Below, one piece after another: positions 13,915 through 26,119 of a stretch of 64,000 bases of DNA; positions within the stretch are counted from its first letter, which is position 1; each line of letters opens with the position of its first letter. The notes under the pieces are model-generated. The model saw nothing but the letters and a program-made list of their open reading frames with translations, did no database searches and was not told where the DNA came from. Origin of the DNA: Octopus vulgaris (lineage: Eukaryota); the NCBI GenBank assembly GCA_951406725.2, contig OX597835.1:6200001-6264000 (forward strand), written 5' to 3'. The translations under genes were made by a program, and so were the position numbers.

Positions 13915-14046
13915 TGTGTTACAGGGTTGTTAATGTGAGAGTGTATGTGTGCACATGTGTGTGAATATTAGTATGAGTGTTTCTGTGAATATTTGATAAA
14001 GAAAATGCATTTATATAATATATATATACATATATGTGTGTGTATG

Positions 14047-14079
<33 letters not shown>

Positions 14080-14132
14080 ATACATACATATATATGCGCG
14101 CACACATATAAATATACATACATACACACACA

Positions 14133-14175
<43 letters not shown>

Positions 14176-14629
14176 GTGTATAAGTGCGTGCACGTATGAG
14201 TGCGTATATCTGTGTGATTAGATGCACGAATATATATAGAGAGAGAAACAAGCATATATATATTATTATTATTAATAATAATGATGTGTGTATGTATGTA
14301 TGTATGTATGCATGCATGTATGTATGTATATATGTATGTATGTACAGAATAATAGATATATTTATGATGCTATGTCATCACGTTTTCCTCTTGTTTGAAG
14401 AAGTCTTCTAGTTGCCATTATTAAGCATTGTTTCGAATGAATCTTAACTTAATGTTGGAAATCAAAAGAAACAAGAATGCGGTTTGAAAATGGCGCCTCT
14501 TGTTGCTTTTGATCAAGATATTGGTTTGTGGTCAAGCCGGAAGGGAATTTGGCGACTTGATAGATTCTACGAACTTGAACTACTTTCAACATTGTGGTAC
14601 ACGGCCCGATGAGGGAGCGTGTGCGTAGT

Positions 14630-14810
14630 TGTTTCACGAGCTAGAAATAGCTGCCATATCTCCTCCAAATCACACTTATCGTATTAAACAGAAACTCATT
14701 AGGTATTTTAGTTTGGGTATGTTATCCTTGAAAACCAAAAGATGAAACGATCATGACTGGAACGGATTGACTTTCATCCTAGATCTACAAGATCTGGACT
14801 GAACTCGAAT
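14630..14810 (+). repeat. Ancient interspersed repeat (CTAGAAATAGCAGCCAAATCTCCCTCAAATCAC family)
   Basis: The same degenerate motif recurs at about 4650 (-), 25700, 43200, 43550, 58080 and 59440. Confidence 0.55.
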
Positions 14811-15841
14811 TAAAATCCAATTACCGTATTTTCCGGCATACAAATGGTATTTCAAACAGAAAGTTACAGCCAAAAAGATAGATTTACACAGCAAGATGGT
14901 TTTAGAGAACCATTTGTGAAATGCATTAGGATTTGTAAAGAATACGTACACTATATACTTCGTCGACTTGTATTCCGAAAATACAGTGGTCCAATTGTTG
15001 TAGCTCTTATGTAACTTAAAGAGCAATTAACTTAATTGCAGTTTGTCATGGACTTTTTTGCAACATATCACACACATGGCCGTGTTGCAAAGAGCTAGAG
15101 TGCTGAAGAAATAACAGACGAAATCGATGGTTCGAATCACGTCAATGTGGCTACGTCTGATCCACATCGAGTTATCCGAGGTCGAAACATGACCGAATGG
15201 TTAAGACAGTCACTTCACATCTATAAGGTCTTGGGTTCGATCTCACTACGCGGCATCTTGAGCAAGCCTCTGTTATTGTGGTATCGAGTCGAATCAAGAC
15301 TTAGCAGTGAAGTTATGTTGATGGAGAAGGTGCGGAAGCCTGGTGAATGTATTACATTATGTCTCGCTGATCCTACGTCATTATTACATTAAGTGTACAC
15401 ATGTCTGGGGAATACTCAGCCACTTAAGCGATAAACCAACGAGCAAGTGGCTCAGGCAATCGAAAATTTAAATACCCATTGTCGAAGCCGAGGAAGATTT
15501 ATTTTGTAAGTTGCAACGGCAACCAAATTAATGCTAACTATAAGTAGATACGACACGGATCAGTTCACCACAGCGAAACAGCAGCAACTGGCGATGAATT
15601 GGCAGCGACTGGTGAGGAATTGGCACAAACTGTAGATGAAAACATTGAAAACATTTCATCTCTGCAAGCAGTGGCAGCACAGTGTAATAACACGAACGTT
15701 TCTTTGATCTCTTGTATCGAGATTAAGTGTTAGATTGGCTTTGTGTTATTATGCAGTGGTAGTTTCAAATATATATTCTGGTTCACAGAATGTAGCAGAA
15801 ATTGAGCTTACACATACATACTTGCATGCATATTCATATAC

Positions 15842-15880
<39 letters not shown>

Positions 15881-15890
15881 ATATATATAT

Positions 15891-15958
<68 letters not shown>

Positions 15959-15990
15959 TATGTGTGTGTGTGTATGTTTGTGTGTGTAAG

Positions 15991-16101
<111 letters not shown>

Positions 16102-17550
16102 TGTATCCATTTAGATGGATGGATGGATGGATGGATGTATACAATACCTGACAAATTCATTTGTTGAAGCTAGAACGCTTTTGATGACATGAGACTAAAC
16201 AACAGCCCAGAGAAGGAATCGAACCCAGAGCGACGGCAAGCCAACGAAGCCTCCCCAGCAATGAACAAGCATCGCAACACTCCACTCTCGCGCTTCTTTA
16301 CCGCAAGATATAACGGAACGTAGTGCGTTGGGTGTCCTTACCTCAGCTATAATTATATGAACCACCAAGCCATTTGCTGATTGGACAAATACCCTGTTGA
16401 CTTAGCTAGCTTCAGCATTCATAAATATATAACCAAACGAATAAATTAATTTTTTTTTTCAATCTTAAGCTGATGTTTTGTTTCCCTTCTTGTGTTTGTT
16501 TTTTTTTATTTTCTATCTTTTTTTATTTATTTATCGATTTCTAAAGGTTTTCCATAACACGCCAGCATTATTGTCTCGGCCCGAATGAGAACACGGTTAA
16601 ATATAATCATTAGACTTTTTTCCGCATGTTCCTCACAATGTAAATATTAGGAACATGCTTATCAGCCACTACAAGAAGGTAATCTATAAGCTCACTCTGT
16701 AATTAGTCTGTGTTCTAGCTTTTCACTTATAAGTATTGGTACAATTCGTTGTTGTTGCTGTGGTGGTGGTGGTATTGGTGGTGGTGGTGGTGGTTGCAGG
16801 ATAGAGTGTTGTCGATTAGTCACGTCTTATTAAAAAGAAACAAAACACGCTGCCCAAAACAAAACCCAAAAAAAACTAATAATAACATGGAGAAAAACAA
16901 AAAGAAAAAATATCTAGAAAAAAAAAGGGCAAAGTGAAAGTGAAAGTAGAATTGAAGATTTCGCTAACTTTCATTTCCTTTACAACGATGTGCATTTAGC
17001 TGAGATTGAGGCGTGTAATTATCAGCTGTAAACCTAGAGCACACATCTACACAGCAGAAAACACACGTAATAAATGTTTGGTAAATTCTAATTTGAAAAG
17101 GAAGAATCGCAGAAAACCTCAGCAAACATTAACCTTCTTATTTTTCTACTTTCGATTTAGATCTTGTTGTCTTGTTAAAAAGATAGCAAAGCTCTTCAAG
17201 CTGATTGGGTCAGGAACTATTAATCGAACGGTCTTCAGTTCAAATCGTATCAATTGCTGTGTATTTTGTCTTCAGTCATCTGTAATTTAAACTCATCTTA
17301 GATCAATACGCTAGCTGTAAACTGCTTCTATTCATAACAACTCACCAGTTAAGTAGTAATAGGCAGTGGGTGCATTGTGCACTTGACAAGTGTTTCCGAA
17401 CTCCGTCGTTATGAAGTCAATCCTGCCTAATGGATTTGATAGATCTGTAGGCGGAACTTGGGAAATTACTGAAGTCTGTTCACTCAGAGGATCATACTAT
17501 CTAAAGGTGAGACTATGCTTCACTATGTCATAATATTGATTCCCGCTTAA

Positions 17551-18003
17551 GGCGGCGAGCTGGCAGAAACGTTAACACGCCCGGCGAAATGCGTAGCCGT
17601 ATTTCGTCTGCCGTTACGTTCTGAGTTCAAATTCCGCCGAGGTCGACTTTGCCTTTCATCCTTTCGGGGTCGATAAGTTAAGTACCAGTTACGCACTGGG
17701 GTCAATATTATCGACTTAATCCGTATGTCTGTCCTTGTTTGTCCCCTCTGTGTTTAGCCTCTTGTGGGTAGTAAAGAAATAGGTATTTCGTCTGCCGTTA
17801 CGTTCTGAGCTCAAATTCCGCCGAGGTCAACTTTGCCTTTCATCCTTTCGGTGTTGATTAAATAAGTACCCACTTAACCACTGAGGTCGATATAATCGAC
17901 TTAATCCGTCTGTCTGTCCTTGTTTGTCCCCTCTGTGTTTAGCCTCTTGTGGGTAGTAAAGAAATAGGTATTTCGTCTGCCGCTACGATCTGAGTTCAAA
18001 TTC
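17551..18003 (+). mobile_element. SINE family B multimer (full unit + 185-bp headless unit + partial third)
   Basis: GGCGGCGAGCTGGCAGAAACG head, GAGTTCAAATTCC B box and GTCGACTTTGCCTTTCATCCTTTCGGGGTCGATAA central block. Junction AAAGAAATAGGTATTTCGTC at about 17782 and 17967. Confidence 0.9.
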
Positions 18004-18124
18004 TCAAATGGAGAATACTTTGAAGGTGATAAAAGTATAAACATATAAAACTCAGTGAATAAAATAATATTGCAAAATTCTGGTTACTTTTGGGTACCTC
18101 CTCGTATATATATGCGTGTGGGGG

Positions 18125-18435
18125 GCACGGTATTCACTATATTGACCACACCATCGGATGTTGTTATACATCGCTGGTCACAATGCACTTCGCATTGTTT
18201 TAGCCATCGAATGATGCCACCCCTCCGTCTAGGTGAGCAGGCCAACATTCCCCCTCCACCGCTGATCGGGAGCCTAATCCGTCGCAAGCTGACCAATTTT
18301 ATAGCTGAGTAGACTGGAACAACGTGAAATGAAATGTTTTGTTCGAGAACACACCGCGCCGCGCCGTCCGGGAATCGAACCCACAATCTAGCAATCCTGA
18401 GTGCAACACCATAACCACCAGGCTACGCACCTTCA
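18125..18435 (-). mobile_element. tRNA-derived SINE family E (C-like centre, D-like tail)
   Basis: B box GGGTTCGATTCCC on the minus strand. The centre TTTCACGTTGTTCCAGTCTACTCAGCT resembles family C, and the tail GGCTAAAACAATGCGAAGTGCATTGTGACCAGCGATG resembles family D. Confidence 0.75.
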
Positions 18436-18537
18436 CGTGTATGTGTGTGTGCGTATGTGTGTGTGTGTGAGCGTGCGTGTATGTGTATGCGTGTGTGTAC
18501 ATATATGCGTATATGTACATATACAAACACATTCATG

Positions 18538-18643
<106 letters not shown>

Positions 18644-19153
18644 GACTGACAGACAGACAGACAGACAGATAGATAGATAGATATGTTTCTTTATTAGCCA
18701 CACAGGGCTGAAGTTCCACCGATTGCACTGACTGAATTTTGTTTGTTCCTTTTAATTATTCCCATAGTTACTGCCCTTAATTTTAAACAGTTTCTCAGTC
18801 TCTCCCATGTACTCTTTCCATTTTAAACTTAATTTTAATATATTAATATTCATTGCCTAAAAATTCAATTTGGGGTGGGGGTTGTTTTTGACATTTTTAA
18901 ACTAAATTAATCAATCTCAAAAATATCTGACTAAATATATAAAACAAAGAGTCTATTCAAATTTCAGCGTCGGCTTAGATGAATGTTGTCCGTTTTAAAA
19001 TCGTAGGAGTGAAATGAAAATGAAAGGAGAAGAAAATGGAAAACAGAAACGAATTCTACGAAATAAAAAAAATAACCAAAACCTAAAACTACGCAAAAGT
19101 CACCGTTCAAATCTTTTTTTTTTTTTGTAAATCAAGGGTCGACTGTGTACGCA

Positions 19154-19193
<40 letters not shown>

Positions 19194-19252
19194 ATACGTG
19201 CCGTGCGAGTAAATATAAATGTGTGTGTGTGTGTACAGCAAAAATATATATA

Positions 19253-19474
19253 TATTTCTTTGTTACCCACAAGGGGCTAAACATAGAGAGGACAAACAAA
19301 GTGATTAAGTCAATTACATCGACCCCAGTGTATAACTGGTACTTTATTTATCGACCCTGAAAGGATGAAAGGCAAAGTTGACCTCGGCAGAATTCGAACT
19401 CAGAAACGTAACAGCAGACGAAATACCGCTAAGCATTTTGCCCAGCGCGCTAACGTTTCTGCCAGCTCGTCGCC
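19253..19474 (-). mobile_element. SINE family B with 14-bp TSD
   Basis: AGCAAAAATATATA at 19237-19250 and 19475-19488. Confidence 0.9.
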
Positions 19475-19495
19475 AGCAAAAATATATAATGAGGT

Positions 19496-19568
<73 letters not shown>

Positions 19569-19904
19569 AGCGAGCATTGTCTCTTCTTCTGAACGATAGA
19601 ACAGAAGAGGAAGAAACGGCAAAAAAGTAAAACTAGAGAAATTAAAACACACGTGGATCCATACGTCATATACACATATACAGTGAGAAGGGAGGAAGGA
19701 GAGCGAGAAAAAGAGAGAGGAGAGAGACTCAAGGATAAGCACTGGTGTATATGTTCCGTGCTTTAATACATGTATACACTATTTCTGTATTCAACACATT
19801 TTCTTTCTGTTTATAAATTCAAACTTAAATATGTGTATCTGTGAGTATGTGTATGCTTGTATATATATTATAAATTAATGTATATATATATATATATGAA
19901 TGTG

Positions 19905-19985
19905 TGTGCGTGTGTATATACTGTGCTTATACATATATGCATGTATTTCTTTGTGTGTGTGTGAATGTATATATTTATACATATG

Positions 19986-20020
<35 letters not shown>

Positions 20021-20208
20021 ATATATATACTGTGCTTATACATATATGCATGTATTTCTTTGTGTGTGTGTGTGAATGTATATATTTATACATATGTATA
20101 TATATATATGTGTGTGTATGTGTATATATATACTGTGCTTATACATATATGCATGTATTTCTTTGTGTGTGTGTGTGTGTGTGTGTGTGAATGTATATAT
20201 TTATACAT

Positions 20209-20230
<22 letters not shown>
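19905..20230. repeat. Minisatellite of three ~105-bp units built from microsatellites
   Basis: TATACTGTGCTTATACATATATGCATGTATTTCTTTGTGTG recurs at about 19917, 20026 and 20129. Confidence 0.85.
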
Positions 20231-20277
<47 letters not shown>

Positions 20278-20335
20278 TATGTGTATATATGTTGATATAT
20301 ATATATATATATATGCATACACATATATATATTTT

Positions 20336-20385
<50 letters not shown>

Positions 20386-21270
20386 TACACACATATATAT
20401 ATTTATATACTGTGCATAAATATATATACTGTATATATGTGTGTGTGTGTGTGTGTGTATGAAAGGAATAAGAAGTGACGAGTTATCAAGTATAAAAGTG
20501 TGGAAGTGTGGACGACAATGATGGTATAAAGAGGCTCCCCCTAGTGGGCCACCCTCCCCACTTTCTCCTCCGACCACAGCAACCATCGCTGACAAACAGT
20601 ATTCCCTTGTGATGTCACAAACTACCCCCAATCCTCTCTCTCTCTCTCTCTTTTCCTGTCGTCTGCGTAAAATACCTCGATTATTGTTGAATTCACGACA
20701 TACGTGTGATGGATTGGATTCTTATCTCAAAGACACGAAAGCACAGCTGTTTGAATGTAATCTTTCAGCGTCTCTTCTCTCGAGAGATATTTCTGATTTA
20801 CAAATATAAATTGCTGAACCTTTCATACAGTTAATTGACAGAGGAATTGGTGAAAAATCGCCTCCAATCTACCGAAATTCAATTCGATTTGTAGTGGTTA
20901 TAAGATATAATGAATTGTTTTCAATTATGAGCTGACGCTGCATGTATCTATACAGACAATTACTAATTCTTGTCTTGATATAAAAATTCGGAAATTCCTC
21001 AGTTAATTTCTAAAAGTCAACTCAATGAAGATTTTACGTGAAATAAATCATTCTCTCACACATACGACATTAGTTTTATATTTATTTATTTTATTTCGTT
21101 TTATTTATTTTCGTTCTTCTAATTTTATTGATCATATATTGATTTCTGCTGATATATATCAAGTGAGGTTTCTCTAAGGACAGAAAATATAGTTGATTTT
21201 ATATCGACAAGAGGGTTGACGTTGGTGGAATCGGTAGAAGACTGGGAAATTTACCAGCATATATATATAT

Positions 21271-21304
<34 letters not shown>

Positions 21305-21357
21305 GGTTTCGATCTCACTTCGAGTCATCTTCGGCAAGTGACTATATTACCGTAGCT

Positions 21358-21584
21358 GGCAGCAGGCAGAATCGTTAACAAGTCGGGCGAAATGCTTAGC
21401 GGTATTTCGTCTGCCGCTACGTTCTGAGTTCAAATTCCGCCGAGGTCGACTTTGCCTTTCATCCTTTCGGGGTCGATAAATTAAGTACCAGTTTCGCACT
21501 GGGGTCGTTGTCATAGACTTAATCCCTTTCTCTGTCCTTGTTTGTCCCCTCTATGTTTAGCCCCTTGTGGGCAATAAAGAAATA
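21358..21584 (+). mobile_element. SINE family B with 14-bp TSD, inserted into an older degenerate SINE
   Basis: TATATTACCGTAGC at 21343-21356 and 21585-21598. Confidence 0.9.
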
Positions 21585-22062
21585 TATATTACCGTAGCCT
21601 GCCCGGTCGGCCGAGATCTTGTATGTGAAAATGAGTTAGCGGAAACTGTGCAGAAACCCATTAAATGTATTATGCCTGTAACTCAAAGGCCCGAACTTGT
21701 CACTCTTGCTACAAACAGTGTCACGCCGATTCTACACAAGAGTTGCGCTAAATGGTTCATGCATCTATGGAATATTAAGCTTCATGTATGTTAACTGAAT
21801 GAATGAACCATTCTGTCGATCTAATAATTGGAAGAATCATCGTCGAATTCTTCTTCTTCTTCTTCTTCTTCTTCTTCTTCTTCTTCTTCTTCTTCTTCTT
21901 CTTCTTCTTCTTCTTCTTCTTCTCTCCTTATTCTCCTCCTCTGTGTGCTTTAGCTTCGTTACTATGGCAACAGTCCGGATACTTATTGATCATATCTAGT
22001 ATGTATATATATATATATATATATATACACACGCACACACGATAGGGTTTCACATAGTTTCT

Positions 22063-22293
22063 TATTTCTTTATTGCCCACAAGGGTCTAAACATAGAGGG
22101 GACAAACAAGGACAGACAAAGGGATTAAGTCGATTACATCGACCCCAGTGCGTAACTGGTACTTAATTTATTGACCCCGAAAGAATGAAATGCAAAGTCG
22201 ACCTCGGCGGAATTTGAACTCAGAACGTAACAGCAGACGAAATACCGCTAAGCCTTTCGCCCGGCGTGCTAACGTTTCTGCCAGCTCACCGCC
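22063..22293 (-). mobile_element. SINE family B
   Basis: Full-length reverse complement of the family B sequence. Confidence 0.9.
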
Positions 22294-22382
22294 TTTCTGT
22301 CTACCAGTTTCTGTCACACAGTTTCTATCTACTAAACTCTATTCACAAGAAATCGGTTGGCCCGGAACACTTGTAACCAGCA

Positions 22383-22493
22383 CTTAAGCAATATTGTACA
22401 TTACTGCATACACTTTATACGCACTTTCTGACAAGTTGTGGTGCACCTGAGCACTGTATACAATAATTTCATTATTATCATTATTATTATTAT
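22383..22493 (+). mobile_element. Probable LINE 3' end with (ATT)n tail, interrupting a decayed family A SINE
   Basis: Ends GCACTGTATACAATAATTTC(ATT)n. The flanks resemble the minus-strand family A body and head. Confidence 0.4.
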
Positions 22494-23299
22494 ACCGAAC
22501 AGTGGGACTGAACCTGAAATCACGGCGCTGCAAGATAAACTTTTCGACCACACAGTCACACGTGAATCTATAACTATGTATATTATATTTTGATAAATTA
22601 CTGTAATTCTTACCAAGATTTATCGCCAAACCGTAAATGACATTTGCTTCGTCTGAGATTTATCACTAATACTCATGATTGATTATGTCTGTATATTAGA
22701 AAACAGAATTAATTATGCAAGAATCAAAAGCACAATAAATTAATTATGCTAGAATCAAATGCCTCATTAATTATTCCTGGACATGAAAGCAGGATTATAT
22801 GTTTAAAGCATAATGATAGTTTTATGTTCAAGATAAGATATATCCTTTTTTTTTTTTAGAATTTAGATTTGATCTGATAGTGAGGACAATACCCATGGTT
22901 TCACAGATCTCCTGTGTCTTCCGCAATGAAATCTGCACGGGTCATGTGCTTCTTTAACGAATTCAAATTAATAGACGAAGGAAATACACGATAAGGGACG
23001 AAATTCCAGAGAAATTACGATCTGAGAAGATAGAAATGAGTATAGTGATCAGGGTGAGTCTTGGGTGAGGGACAATATAGGGGACAAGTAAAAGTTAGGA
23101 CGGGATCAGCAAGATTTGTGGAGCAGAAGCTACAATTGTAGCCATAGGCAAGACAGAATGAGGATATATAACACACATGTGAGCGATATGCTGGTCAAAT
23201 GTCTTTATGTCGATCGGTCGAGCAGACGAGTGGTCATTTTTCGATGTAAAATAAAATGGCTATACATCTGTGCATGTGCGTATATATATTCAAAATGTG

Positions 23300-23685
23300 A
23301 CCGCGATGGTACCGTTGGCGATTTTTTTCCTCTGGGGCTTTCTCCGTCCGGGTTGCGGATCCGTGGAATAAGCTGCCAGACGAGATGGTGAAGATGCCGA
23401 CGACCGCTCGGTTCAAAGTCTCCCTTGACCTCAAGTGGCCTGAACACTTTACATGAACACCACCCTGTACATAACTCCATGTCCCCCTACATGGCCTTGC
23501 TTTTTGCTTTTTGAGCCCAAAAATTAACCAACTAACTAACTTTCCTTCTCCTATGTTTCCGACGAAGAGCTCCGCTCGAAATGTTAAACCTTCCTTCTTT
23601 CCTTCTTTCCTGAGCGTCCAATAATACTATATTTGTTCCACATCATCGCGTTGTTGTGTTTTTTTGTGCTTTCTTGTTTGGATTA

Positions 23686-23688
<3 letters not shown>
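23300..23688 (+). mobile_element. Hammerhead-bearing element family H1, interrupted by a CR1 fragment
   Basis: 23300-23333 and 23541-23688 are colinear with 40005-40200. Motif GTTT-CCGACGA-A-GAGC-TCC-GCTC-GAAATGTT-AAAC at 23555-23589. Confidence 0.75.
23334..23540 (+). mobile_element. CR1 LINE 3' end (ORF2 C-terminus, 3' UTR, (CTAA)n tail)
   Basis: Encodes GAFSVRVADPWNKLPDEMVKMPTTARFKVSLDLKWPEHFT*, matching the F.S.RV...WN.LP......FK..LD motif of CR1 ORF2 ends. Confidence 0.8.
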
Positions 23689-23744
<56 letters not shown>

Positions 23745-24159
23745 ATTGACCCAATTTTCTGACTTTTTCGATGGCACGCACGTGTCGATAAATGGTTCAA
23801 TGGCCAAATCCAAGCTTTTCTACTAGTTCCTCAACAGTTACGATGGGATGTACGATCCCTTCATCTTGTGTTCAAACCAGCAACTGTATATGGCTTGCAT
23901 AGCCCTTATAAATTTTAGATGATTCGGAATAAACTTAACTTCAAATAGGTTAATTTGAATTAACTTACATTAATTGATTATGCATCTTAATTAGATTATT
24001 GTAATAGCATTTATTCCTAATGAAACAGCTTTTGAAGGTAATTAAATCATAATCTACAGGTGAAATTTATGCTTCTTTGCCTTTTATTCAATACATACTT
24101 AGATGCGTGTATATACATACACACATACTCACACATACATACATATATATATATATACA

Positions 24160-24675
24160 TATGTGTGTGTATGTATGTATGTATGTATGTATGTATGTAT
24201 GTATGTATGTATGTATGTATGCATGTATGTATGTATGTATGTATGTATGTATGCATGTATGTATGTATGTATGTATGTATGTATGTATGTATGTATGTAT
24301 GTATGCATGTGTGTATGTATGTATGTATGTATGTATGTATGCATGTATGTATGTATGTATGTATGTATGTATGTATGTATGTATGCATGTATGTATGTAT
24401 GTATGCATGTATGTATGTATGTATGTATGTATGTATGCATGTATGTATGCATGTATGTATGCATGTATGTATGCATGTATGTATGTATGTATGTATGCAT
24501 GTATGTATGCATGTATGTATGTATGTATGTATGTATGTATGTATGTATGTATGTATGTATGTATGTATGTATGCATGTATGTATGTATGTATGTATGTAT
24601 GTATGTATGTATGCATGTGTGTATGTATGTATGTATGTATGTACGTATGCATGTATGTATGTATGTATGTATGTA
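24160..24675. repeat. ~515-bp (TATG)n array with CATG variants
   Basis: Directly visible. Confidence 0.95.
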
Positions 24676-24954
24676 AGTGATATTTCATTTAAAGTCTCAA
24701 TCGTTAAAAACTACTATATCCATTAAGATATGTTTATGATATGCTGTTATCTGTAAGATATATCTCAATGTTTAAAATATATCTGTTTATGATATGTTTT
24801 ATGATAGACGTCATAAGTTTAATATAAACTTTAATCGTCAAGAAATGCTGCCATCCTTCTTAAGATATACTTCCATCTTTATGATGTAATTACTTCTATG
24901 CTTAAAATATACTTAACATATGCTTTCGGTATACTTAGAAATTAAACGTATAGA

Positions 24955-25238
24955 GTCCACAGCTCTTCAGTATCCTCCTCAAAAAGCCTGAGAGACCTAC
25001 ATGGGGGTGGATGTAGATGTCAAATCAAAACTGGATCTTCTCCCGTCAAGGGTTCCAGATGACCGTCCCTCGCGGCAGGAAACACAGATGAGGGCAACAA
25101 CATCAAACTCCCTCACTCATCAGATGCCAAATATCAGAAGAGGTTTCAAGTAGTGAAAGCGTAGTGAAGTTAACGGCGGTGCCCCAGCATGGCCGCAGCT
25201 CTCGAGCTGAAACTGACACAAGATAAAAGATAAAAGAT
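24955..25238 (+). mobile_element. CR1-group LINE 3' end whose tail matches SINE family A
   Basis: With frameshifts it reads PQLFSILPKSLRDLHGVDVDVKSKLDLLPSRVPDD...RATTSNSLTHQM...FK* (stop 25151-25153). The tail is GGCGGTGCCCCAGCATGGCCGCAGCTCTCGAGCTGAAAC followed by (AAAGAT)n. Confidence 0.75.
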
Positions 25239-25324
25239 GCACTTGAAATTCAATGTTGGCATCAAACGTATCGTAGACTAACAAGGGAGGCTTTACAATA
25301 TAATGTGTTATATAAAGTTTATGT

Positions 25325-25412
25325 GGAGGCGCAATGGCCCAGTGGTTAGGGCAGCGGACTCGCGGTTGTAGGATCGCGGTTTCGATTCCCAGTCCGGGCG
25401 TTGTAAGTGTTT
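25325..25412 (+). mobile_element. SINE family D head fragment
   Basis: Near-identical to 5357-5445. Confidence 0.75.
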
Positions 25413-26119
25413 AAGTCTACCATCTTAAAGCACAAAGAGACACATTTGATAATGTAGTTCTAGAGACGCTGTTTCTGAATAAAAAGATAAGATGTTTGTG
25501 TTTAAAGCATTCTTTATCATCGGTCAATTTGATCGTTCAATCAGAGCAAATCTGAAGTCACACAGCACTAACACCAACATAATTATATTTAAAATTACTG
25601 TATTATAAAGAAAGAAATCGCGCTTACTATCTCAATACATTTGTATACAATACACTTTCAGATAATGAGTGGGTGTCTATGTGGTCATTTAATCTGTTCG
25701 AAATAGCAGTCGAACGTCCCTCAAATCATACATTGCTGGCTGTTTTAAAACATAATGGCTCATTGGATAATGTAGTTCGACAAACGACGAGATTATCAGG
25801 GCTGAGACGCTTTTGATCATGAATCTACTCATTCAGAGCCAATCTAGGACAAAACAACAATATAATTTTATGTTTATAGCCAACTTAAACTTGCTGTACA
25901 TTAGAAATTGGGTTTATACCCTTGAATTTTCAGCAAGTGACAAGCTCTCTGTAATGAATTCCGCCAGTTTTTGCGTGATCTGGCCCTCTTCAGATTTAAT
26001 ATAACAGGTCAAGTACCCTTCTGGTAGTTAGTTTAGAGCTGCTAATAAAATAAAAGATCAAGAATATTCGTAGGAGTAGCACTTGTACCATTATGTGAGT
26101 TTGTATCACCATCATCATC

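Noticed and set aside
16336-16430. Strong minus-strand donor (GAG|GTAAGG) in non-repetitive sequence
   Set aside because: No good acceptor or recognisable reading frame upstream; cannot support an exon.
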